Shown here: one piece after another, positions 1 through 6,958 of the stretch
How the letters are laid out: each line of letters starts with the position of its first letter
Numbering within the stretch: the stretch's first letter is position 1
Source of the DNA: Candidatus Saccharimonadota bacterium
GTDB lineage: Bacteria; Patescibacteriota; Gracilibacteria; UBA1369; 2-02-FULL-48-14
Reading direction: 5' to 3'
DNA length: 32,000 bases
Assembly (NCBI GenBank): GCA_016699145.1
Contig: CP064962.1
Coordinates: 990,001-1,022,000 of the forward strand
Program-made: the position numbers and the translations under genes
Notes under the pieces: generated by a model
What the model saw: the letters and a program-made list of their open reading frames with translations, nothing else
What the model was told of the DNA's origin: nothing
The model's database searches: none

Positions 1-240
1 ATCCGGCCTGGCATCGTCCGCCGTGCCCAACCCTTCAGGGAGCAAAGTCACCAGCAACTGCTCCATCCCACTTTTCAAAAAAGGTTTCAAATCCAAGGCA
101 AACACATTGGCACTCGCCCCAAAACCCCCGGGCATGAAGCCGTATTTTTCAGCAAAACCCATCGTTTTTTGGCTGGCTGCAATGAAGGCATTTTTTGCCT
201 TATCCAGATCCACGTAATCGATACGGTCTACAGGATTCAT
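1..240 (-). CDS. 5' part of a CDS that runs off the left window edge; PurM/AIR-synthase-like N-terminus (tentative)
   Basis: Own translation of the minus strand from ATG at 240..238 gives [80 protein letters not shown], open to position 1. It is absent from the ORF track because it is edge-truncated. The Y-x-D-x-D, GGFG and EGLGT spacing resembles PurM-superfamily N-termini. ATGA start/stop overlap with the upstream gene. Confidence 0.45.
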   Translation of the reverse strand, partial: MNPVDRIDYVDLDKAKNAFIAASQKTMGFAEKYGFMPGGFGASANVFALDLKPFLKSGMEQLLVTLLPEGLGTADDARPD

Positions 241-452
241 TTGATTTTAACCTGAAAAAAATCCGAAATCGCTTGGCGCGTTCCAAAAGATACGCGTTCA
301 CCCTTGCATACCGGGCACATGTATTCGTACTTGCTCTTGTGTTTGATCGGCTCATCCACAATTTGCTTGCAATCCTTGCAATAAAACACAATGGGAGCTG
401 GAGCGGGAGCCGCTGTTTCAGAAGAAGTGTCAGGAAGAATTTCGTCAGTCAT
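237..452 (-). CDS. Small zinc-ribbon protein (71 aa), function unknown
   Basis: ORF track 71 aa with two CxxC pairs (CKDC and CPVC) about 20 residues apart. Its start overlaps the upstream stop (TGATG, 450-454) and its stop overlaps the downstream start (ATGA, 237-240). Confidence 0.6.
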   Translation of the reverse strand: MTDEILPDTSSETAAPAPAPIVFYCKDCKQIVDEPIKHKSKYEYMCPVCKGERVSFGTRQAISDFFQVKIK

Positions 453-1207
453 CAGTTGTTTTCTTGGTCAGAGGATGGAGTGCCGCCGTAAGGGTTGGCA
501 CTGTGACGTCCGCCCCAAAAATTGGAGTTGTTGCCATAGTGCATAGAAGCGCCACCGGCTTGGCGCATACGAGATTGCATGAGTCGATAACGGGTCGTTG
601 GGTCCAGAATGAGTGGATCCACAGGGCTGGCTGGCGTATTCACCGCTTGTGAAACGCGCTCTTGAGTGTAAGAAGGCCCCGCAAACGGTCGATCTTCTTG
701 AATTTCCACTTCTTCCACCGGCTCTTCAACACTCACTTCTTCCTCCACATCCGAATCTTTTCGACGAGCGAACCACCCTGCAATCATCATGAAACCTGTC
801 ATAAAAAAGGCGAAAGTCATGCCAAAACGAGTGGATTTGGTGCTCAAATTCACTCCAAAATCAGGATGAAAGAAAATAGAAGTGGCCACCACCATCAAAA
901 GTGCCGCTTGAAAACCCAAAAGCACACTCGCAATGCCGCCCTTTTTCTTCAAATTGAAAAAATTCTTTCCAAGCAGCGGCAAAAACATATTGAAAAAGCC
1001 AATGGCTCCCAGCCCCATCACCATGAATCCGATCAAGAAGAAAGGCCCCTGCACGCCCAAATAACTTTCTCCCACACCAAAACTGTTTCGCTCATCGTAC
1101 CAGGGCATCAACGGACTGATCATGAGCCCCGCACTGGCGAGCAAAACCACCTGTTTTCGCAGAGGGAGTCGAAGAAAGCCTTGTTTCATTCGCTGAGAGA
1201 GCGACAT
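452..1207 (-). CDS. Integral membrane protein with acidic, low-complexity C-terminal tail; function unknown
   Basis: The track ORF is 452..1480, but its 5' end overlaps the divergent GT4 gene. The internal ATG at 1207 (MSLSQRMKQGF...) leaves a 45-bp divergent gap. About four hydrophobic helices are followed by EEEVSVEEPVEEVE and a Gly/Asn/Ser-rich tail. Confidence 0.6.
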   Translation of the reverse strand: MSLSQRMKQGFLRLPLRKQVVLLASAGLMISPLMPWYDERNSFGVGESYLGVQGPFFLIGFMVMGLGAIGFFNMFLPLLGKNFFNLKKKGGIASVLLGFQAALLMVVATSIFFHPDFGVNLSTKSTRFGMTFAFFMTGFMMIAGWFARRKDSDVEEEVSVEEPVEEVEIQEDRPFAGPSYTQERVSQAVNTPASPVDPLILDPTTRYRLMQSRMRQAGGASMHYGNNSNFWGGRHSANPYGGTPSSDQENN

Positions 1208-1252
1208 AATGACGGGGAAAATCAATTTCAATCTATCAAAAAAAAGTCCTCC

Positions 1253-2334
1253 ATGGCAAACAAAAGCATCGGCATCGACATTCGTGAAGCCAGTGAAAAC
1301 GCAGCAGGCAAAGGCCGTTACACACTCAATTTGGTCAAAGCCCTCATTGCGCAAGCTCCCGAGCAGGACTTCATCCTCTTCACCAAAACCCCGAATCCTC
1401 ATTTTCGCACCACGCAGCACGTCAAACAAATCTGCATCAAAGGGCGCGGACCCTTCTGGCATTGGAACCTGCATCGCCACCTTTTAAAAGCGCCGGTCGA
1501 CTGCTTCATTGCACCCACCAGCACCATTTACCCCGCCTTTGCTCCTCGCAGTCAAAAAGTGGCCCTCGTGATTCACGACCTCATCACCTTTTTGCACGCC
1601 AAATCGCATCCGCTTTTCCCAACTCTTGTGGAGCGTCTCACCCTGCCTAGAGCCCTCAAAAAAGCCCACCTTCTTTGCCCGTCTCCGAAAACACTCTCCG
1701 CGATCTGCATAAACTTTTCCCTTTCACTCGCAAAAAGCCAGCTCTCATCGCTTCTCCTGCCGTGCCGGAAGACATTCATGCCGTGGACACGCAAAAACTC
1801 GACCTCCCCAAAAAATTCATCTTGGCCGTGGGCACGCTTCTTCCCCGCAAAAACATTGCATTACTCTTTAAAACCTTCGAATTGCTCCAAGAAAAACATC
1901 CCGATTTGCACCTGGTGGTGGTCGGATCTAAAACCAGCAAAAGCCAGAAAACCTTTGCAGCAGTTCAGGTCTTGCCCCCCCCCGTTCAAACCCGCATCCA
2001 TTTTCTGGGTTCCGTCACTGGCCCCCAGCTCTGCGAGCTGTACTCGCGAGCCTTGGTTTTCGCCTTCCCTTCGTTTTACGAAGGTTTTGGAATTCCTCCC
2101 CTCGAAGCCATGGCTTGCGGCTGTCCCGTCATTGCCAGCACGTCATCCTCCATTCCCGAAGTCGTCGGAGATGCCGCGTTGCTTGCCAGCCCTCACAAGC
2201 CCATCGACTGGGCCGAAGGCATTGAGCAGCTTTTAGACCCCCTTGTCGCAAGCCGCTACCAAAAAAAAGGCCTACTCCAGGTCCAAAAATTCTCATGGAG
2301 CAAAACCGCGCAAAGCCTTTTACAGGTTCTTTAA
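1253..2334 (+). pseudogene. GT4-family glycosyltransferase, split by a single frameshift near 1676-1681
   Basis: The N-terminal half (MANKSIGIDIREASENAAGKGRYTLNLVKAL...RALKKAHLLC) is in frame 2 from ATG 1253. The C-terminal half (PVSENTLRDLHKLF...FYEGFGIPPLEAMACGCPVIAS...) is in frame 1 (track ORF 1675..2334). Together they make a normal GT-B/GT4 protein of about 360 aa. The junction lies at the C-run tgCCCgtc (1678-1680); one extra C would restore LLCPVSENT. Confidence 0.75.
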
Positions 2335-2423
2335 ATAGAAACCCGGCCCTTACACGCTTGATACCTCTGCACTCTTGGCACAGGGGGCTTTAGAAGGCCT
2401 TATCCCCTTTTTCTCAAATTCTT

Positions 2424-2456
2424 CCAATTTGGACATTGTCTAAATTGGAGCTTTTT
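2424..2456 (+). terminator. Possible intrinsic terminator after the GT4 gene (alternatively a protein-binding palindrome)
   Basis: The near-perfect 25-bp palindrome CCAATTTGGACA-T-TGTCTAAATTGG (2424-2448; 11/12 arm matches, the mismatch being G-U compatible) is followed by AGCTTTTT (T-run 2452-2456), about 90 nt after the stop at 2334. The stem is AT-rich, so strength is uncertain. Confidence 0.4.
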
Positions 2457-2523
2457 AGCGCAATTAAATTGACGGAAACAAAAAAGAGGTTAAAGTTAAG
2501 GCTTACCCTTTTTTTCACCAGCC

Positions 2524-2994
2524 ATGTCCGCTGCCCCCTCCTGCTGTCCCAGCTGCCTCCCAAAGCCACCAGACAACCCTCACACCCTAGGGGAAGAAAT
2601 AGCGAAGATTGCCGAAAGTGAAAAAAAGCCCATTGAAGACATAAGAGCCGCAGTACTAGCTTTATTGGCAGCTCATGGGATTGAATCGGAAGGAGTAGAA
2701 AATGCCATTGGAACCCCAAAATCACAAGGTTTACCGTTGGAAGACGGTGCACGTTGCATAACTCTTGGCCCTGCTTGGGCAACACTCTATAAAATTGGGG
2801 ACGCTCCTAGAGATGGAATAACGAACGGCACACAAATCACAATTGTATGCAGCACCTACAACGGGAACTGTGGGCCAAAACCAACCACTGAAACCACAGC
2901 CCATACCGTGGATGGGAAGCAAATTTCAGTTGCCACACCCTACCAACTCAATGTCACCCTGCCAAATCAAGGCTTCTACTTCAGGGTGGCTTAG
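2524..2994 (+). CDS. Hypothetical protein (156 aa), paralog of the IS-disrupted gene downstream
   Basis: Track ORF. It shares ED-x12-H-x17/18-GLP spacing and a C-terminal GFYF motif with the reconstructed 3070..4566 product. No family recognised. Confidence 0.55.
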   Translation: MSAAPSCCPSCLPKPPDNPHTLGEEIAKIAESEKKPIEDIRAAVLALLAAHGIESEGVENAIGTPKSQGLPLEDGARCITLGPAWATLYKIGDAPRDGITNGTQITIVCSTYNGNCGPKPTTETTAHTVDGKQISVATPYQLNVTLPNQGFYFRVA

Positions 2995-3168
2995 GAGGGG
3001 GTATTGTCAGAAAGGACTAAACCGCTACAATAAGACCTTCCCTCTACTCTTCCCTTAGATTAAAAATATATGGCCAACTCGCAAAACCCAACCCTAGCAC
3101 AACATATTAAAGATCATTGCACACCAGCAAGCTGGAACAAGAGGGAGGATGTAGTGAGGATGGCCTTA

Positions 3169-3184
3169 GGAGCTGTTAACATAA
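3169..3184. repeat. IS terminal inverted repeat (left in window coordinates)
   Basis: GGAGCTGTTAACATAA is the exact reverse complement of 3994-4009. Confidence 0.9.
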
Positions 3185-3950
3185 GACTTTGAGTAAAAGT
3201 GCCACAAGGCAGAGGGAGATAAAGGAGGCATACATCAGGTCTAATTTGTCATAGCGAGTTGAAATTCTTCTGTAATTTTTCATTCGGTGAAATAGGCGTT
3301 CAATCTCGTTGCGGTAGGCATAAATGTTCTTGTTGTATTCCCACGGAAATTTCATTTTGCCTTTGGAGGAACGACTGGAGTTATGCCTTTTCTTTGCACA
3401 GCTCCAGAACTTTGTAGCATGAATAACCTTTGTCCATAGCCAAATGATCTACTGTTTTTGGAAACGAATAATCTCTCAAAATTTGTTTTCCAACTTTCAC
3501 ATCGCTCACTTCACCACCTGTTAAAACAAAGTGCATCCCATGATCTGGATCTCCAGCAATCATGTGAATTTTTGTAGTGTACCCACCTCTACTTCGGCCT
3601 AACGCTTGTGGCCCCTTTTTTTCATGGCTCCCGCTGCACTGTGGTGCGCTCTATTTGTTGTACTGTCCAGGAAAGCTATTCGCACTTGAAGTACATCTGC
3701 TACTTCAAGTGCTCTAAGCATTTGTCCAAAAGTCCAGATTCGCTCCACCGTTTGTATCTTGTATAAATCGTGTGCCAGTCATTCTCTTTTCTCTGTAATC
3801 GTAGGGCATTTGTCTCCATGCGCACCCTGTTTTAAGTACATAACAAATGGCATCCATGCAACGTTTCAGTGGAATCTTTTCAGGCTTTCTGGGCTTTGGA
3901 AAATAAGGCTGGATCAGTTTGAACTGTTCATCCGTTAGCATCTGGTACAT
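3176..3950 (-). pseudogene. IS5-family DDE transposase, fragmented over at least five reading-frame segments
   Basis: The minus strand reads MYQMLTDEQFKLIQPYFPKPRKPEKIPLKRCMDAICYVLKTGCAWRQMPYDY, then shifts to ENDWHTIYTRYKRWSESGLLDKCLEHLK(stop). It then shifts to VADVLQVRIAFLDSTTNRAHHSAAGAMKK, and at an A7 run (3616-3622) to KGPQALGRSRGGYTTKIHMIAGD...LELCKEK. Two further shifts give GITPVVPPKAK and then MKFPWEYNKNIYAYRNEIERLFHRMKNYRRISTRYDKLDLMYASFISLCLVALLLKVLC. At most one shift could be a programmed frameshift; the rest disrupt the gene. Confidence 0.8.
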
Positions 3951-3993
3951 GGCGTTAGGGTTAGAGTAACTTCACTCTACACCACTCCTCTAT

Positions 3994-4009
3994 TTATGTT
4001 AACAGCTCC
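3994..4009. repeat. IS terminal inverted repeat (right in window coordinates)
   Basis: TTATGTTAACAGCTCC is the exact reverse complement of 3169-3184. Confidence 0.9.
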
Positions 4010-4508
4010 TAGAAGCAATATGCGAACATTATCAAGTTGAGGTAGACGCAGTCTTGCAGACTGTTGGTCAACCTGCTCAAGAGGGATTGCCATCCCCTAG
4101 AGAGGAAGGCAATGTTTACATTCATCTAAACCACTCAAGAATAGACATTACAGAAATTGGCCCCCAATATGGAGTTGTGGGTAGTACTCCAACGACCATC
4201 AAGCAAGTTGACGGTAGAGAGCCTGCTATGAGCTTAAAACAAGTGCATGAAGTAAAGAGAGGAGGCGTGAGCTACCCGAGCCGATTGGAGGCCTTAAGAA
4301 TTGAAGAAGAAAAGCAGACAGGGAGAGCAGTTGAAGCCGAAATATCAATAGCTCAAGAGCCGTACTTTACTCATGATGGGACAACAGTGTTTTCAGAAAA
4401 GTTTAATTATGAACCATCCAGGTTGGCTGTCACATTAAAGCCGGGACACTTGTATGGCGATTCATTACGCAGGGAGCCTCATTCCTTCCTCAGAGCAGAG
4501 GGAGGGTT

Positions 4509-5678
4509 TTACTTCCTCATCGCCAATAACCCCTCAAACTCCCCCACCATGCTGTCCAAACGGTAATGGCTTTTCACAAAAGCCTGGCCATGTTTGCCCA
4601 AGGCCGCTCGCAGTACGGGGTCTTTTTGCAGTCGTTTGAAAGCCTTGTCCAGTTCGGCCACACGGGGCTCCACAATCCATGCGTCGCGGGAATGCACGAG
4701 GTCCGCCGCAATGCCACAAACGTTCGTCAAAAGCACCGGCGTTCCAAAGTGCATCGCCTCCGCCGCGACCATCCCAAACGGATCCATTTCCCGTGACGCT
4801 AGCACGAACAAATCACTGCGTTTATAAAGCTCCATCAGCTCCCCGCGAGGCAGCGAATTCACGAAGCGCACACGGCTCAAATCCGCCTTATTTTCGAGCG
4901 CTTTTTTCAGCGGTCCTTCACCGACCACCACCAGCCTCACTTCAGGTTTAGAATGGACAAGATGGACAAGCATGTCCACTCCTTTATCAGGTGTCAAACG
5001 CGCCACAGTAGACACCACGAACGGACTTGTCCACTCCGGCTGTTTCACCCCTCCTGCCCCCGACAAAAACTTCAGCAAATCTGGGCGCAATTCACTCGCC
5101 TTTTCCACCATCACCGCGCAAGAAATGGGGGCCAGTCGAGGGCTCACTCCGCGCTCCGAAATCAGCGGCCTCACATACCCCACCATGGCATTCGAAGTGA
5201 CCACCACTGTCGCCCAACGGGAGCACCAGCGATACACCCCGCGCCATGGATTTTTTGTGATCCAACGTCCGATGCGCGCATGTTCTATCCACAGCGTTCG
5301 CATTCCAAAAAAATGAGCCCACGGCGTCATCAAAAGTTTCTCACCCAGCGAGAGCATCAAAACCGCAGTCACTCCCCAGCGCCGCCGCGCACGCCACAAA
5401 AGCAGCCCCGCCTTCACGAAAAGCAGCGGACTCAGCATCGTAAACGCCAGCAGCCAAAACTTCGTCACAGGGGGCTTGCCCAGCCGCGCCCATTTCACAT
5501 CAAAATGAGCTTCTTTAAAGGCTTTGCCCAAAACAGGACAGGAACCCAAGTAAAAACTTGGAACGCCCTTTTTATCGAGTTCCTTGACCAAGGTGAGCGT
5601 GTGCAATTCCTCCCCGCCCCATTGACTTCGATAGGGAAAACGAGTGACAAGCAGTCGAGCTTTCGCTAGAGTTTTCAT
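4509..5678 (-). CDS. GT4-family glycosyltransferase
   Basis: Track ORF 4509..5711. I prefer the ATG at 5678 (MKTLAKARLLVTRFPY...), which avoids overlap with nadK. GT-B C-terminal signature: LVVVGEGPLKKALE...SDLFVLASREMDPFGMVAAEAMHFGTPVLLTNVCG. Confidence 0.8.
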   Translation of the reverse strand: MKTLAKARLLVTRFPYRSQWGGEELHTLTLVKELDKKGVPSFYLGSCPVLGKAFKEAHFDVKWARLGKPPVTKFWLLAFTMLSPLLFVKAGLLLWRARRRWGVTAVLMLSLGEKLLMTPWAHFFGMRTLWIEHARIGRWITKNPWRGVYRWCSRWATVVVTSNAMVGYVRPLISERGVSPRLAPISCAVMVEKASELRPDLLKFLSGAGGVKQPEWTSPFVVSTVARLTPDKGVDMLVHLVHSKPEVRLVVVGEGPLKKALENKADLSRVRFVNSLPRGELMELYKRSDLFVLASREMDPFGMVAAEAMHFGTPVLLTNVCGIAADLVHSRDAWIVEPRVAELDKAFKRLQKDPVLRAALGKHGQAFVKSHYRLDSMVGEFEGLLAMRK

Positions 5679-5690
5679 GTAACGGTACCC

Positions 5691-6605
5691 ATGAAAGCAA
5701 AAAAGCCTCAAAAATTCCAGGTCATTGGTCTCCTCGGAAAAAACAAAATAGAGGAACAGGCTATCTATCTTAAAGAATTAAAGACTTATTTTGACAAGAG
5801 AAACTGCACCCTGCTATGGGACGATTATTGCGGACCAGTGCTAGGAAAGGACCATCAATCCACTCGCGCTACCATCCTCAAAAAATGTGATTTGGTGCTC
5901 AGTCTTGGAGGGGATGGAACTTTGCTCAAACTCATTCGAGACCTGCCGCTGCGCAAGGACCTTTATGTGCTTGCCGTTAATCTGGGCACTTTGGGCTTCA
6001 ATACCGAAGTGTCTGAGCCCACAAAAGTGTTTCCGTTTCTGAACGAAATCTTTGCAGGTCAATATCACAGTGATGAACGACTTCTTCTCCGAGCCACTCT
6101 CTATCGCAAAGGCAAAAAAATCGCCACGCACTTGGCGCTCAACGAAGCCGTGATCAACCAGGGCAACTTCGCGCGACTCATTGGACTTTACTGCGAAATC
6201 GACCAACGCAAAATGATTGAATTCAAGGCGGATGGAATCATCGTGGCCACTCCAACAGGTTCCACAGGCCATTCTCTTTCGGCGGGCGGGCCCATCATCC
6301 ATCCACGGATTGAAGGTTTTGTTTTCACTCCCATTTGTCCCGCTGAACTCAGCGTTCGCCCGATTGTGATCCCCAGCAACCGACAACTCACCATTCGCGT
6401 CGACACCGAACGCCGTTACGCCGACAACAAAATCGGACTCACCATCGACGGCCAGATCATGGTTCCCGTTGAGTACGGAGACGTGGTTAAAATCCGTGCG
6501 TCCCACCGTCGCCTTCGTCTCATCCGTGCGGCAACCAAAGCCAGCGGCGGCGGCAACTATTACAAACTTTTGCGCGAAAAACTCCGTTGGGGCAAACGAG
6601 GGTGA
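5691..6605 (+). CDS. nadK: NAD(+) kinase
   Basis: 304 aa with the GGDGTLL motif (LSLGGDGTLLK), NEAVI, and ADGIIVATPTGSTGHSLSAGGPI, all canonical NAD kinase motifs. Confidence 0.92.
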   Translation: MKAKKPQKFQVIGLLGKNKIEEQAIYLKELKTYFDKRNCTLLWDDYCGPVLGKDHQSTRATILKKCDLVLSLGGDGTLLKLIRDLPLRKDLYVLAVNLGTLGFNTEVSEPTKVFPFLNEIFAGQYHSDERLLLRATLYRKGKKIATHLALNEAVINQGNFARLIGLYCEIDQRKMIEFKADGIIVATPTGSTGHSLSAGGPIIHPRIEGFVFTPICPAELSVRPIVIPSNRQLTIRVDTERRYADNKIGLTIDGQIMVPVEYGDVVKIRASHRRLRLIRAATKASGGGNYYKLLREKLRWGKRG

Positions 6606-6613
6606 CTAGGATT

Positions 6614-6949
6614 TTAAGTGAGTCCAATCAAACACACGCCGCCAAAACTTAGAAAAGAGATCATCACACCGAACAAAACAAGGAAAATCTTTTTCTTGTT
6701 TTTGAAAAACAAAAATCCAAAAAGCACAGCTGCTATTCCACTCAAAGTGAAAAGCCAACCATTGGGAAGAGTGATACCAAAGACGCCCACAAAAAGCTGC
6801 AGTAAGGGTATCATCAATAAGAGCTCCAAGCGTGGACCTATTTGAGAAGGAAAGACAAGAAAATCTCCCAAAAGAGTTCCTAAAAAAGTAGCAGATAAAT
6901 AGACAATAAACAATGCAGTCTTTTTCCCAGAAAAACGAGTATTAAGCAT
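6614..6949 (-). CDS. Small hydrophobic membrane protein (111 aa), unknown function
   Basis: Track ORF with three to four hydrophobic segments. It lies 9 nt downstream of ppdK on the same strand. Confidence 0.5.
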   Translation of the reverse strand: MLNTRFSGKKTALFIVYLSATFLGTLLGDFLVFPSQIGPRLELLLMIPLLQLFVGVFGITLPNGWLFTLSGIAAVLFGFLFFKNKKKIFLVLFGVMISFLSFGGVCLIGLT

Positions 6950-6958
6950 ACAATAGAC

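Larger units (their letters stand above)
3169..4009 (-). mobile_element. IS5-family insertion sequence (IS427/IS1031-like two-ORF type), transposase decayed
   Basis: An 841-bp unit is bounded by perfect 16-bp inverted repeats GGAGCTGTTAACATAA / TTATGTTAACAGCTCC and flanked by TA on both sides (3167-3168 and 4010-4011). It contains transposase fragments with the IS5 hallmarks LTDEQF..IQPYFP, TGCAWRQMP, DSTxxRAH, ALGRSRGGYTTKIH, DKGY and YxxRNxIERLFxxxKxxRRISTRYDK. Confidence 0.8.
3070..4566 (+). pseudogene. Hypothetical gene (restored 217 aa) interrupted by an IS element
   Basis: ATG at 3070 opens frame 1 (MANSQNPTLAQHIKDHCTPASWNKREDVVRMAL) up to the IS boundary at 3168. Frame 1 resumes right after the IS at 4012 (EAICEHYQVEVDAVLQTVGQPAQEGLP...) and continues as track ORF 4054..4566. 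Removing 3169..4011 (843 bp) gives one uninterrupted 654-nt ORF whose sequence across the junction aligns with the upstream paralog. Confidence 0.6.

Noticed and set aside
662-2236. 524-aa ORF in the track
   Set aside because: It is a chimera. Nucleotides 662-1207 are antisense to the membrane-protein gene. Only 1253 to about 1678 is the genuine GT4 N-terminal half. Beyond the frameshift it is an off-frame shadow of the GT4 C-terminal half, which reads correctly in frame 1.
4953-5669. 238-aa plus-strand ORF (plus 4972..5316 and 5841..6506 minus)
   Set aside because: They are antisense shadows of the GT4 gene and nadK respectively, with Arg/His/Pro-rich nonsense composition.
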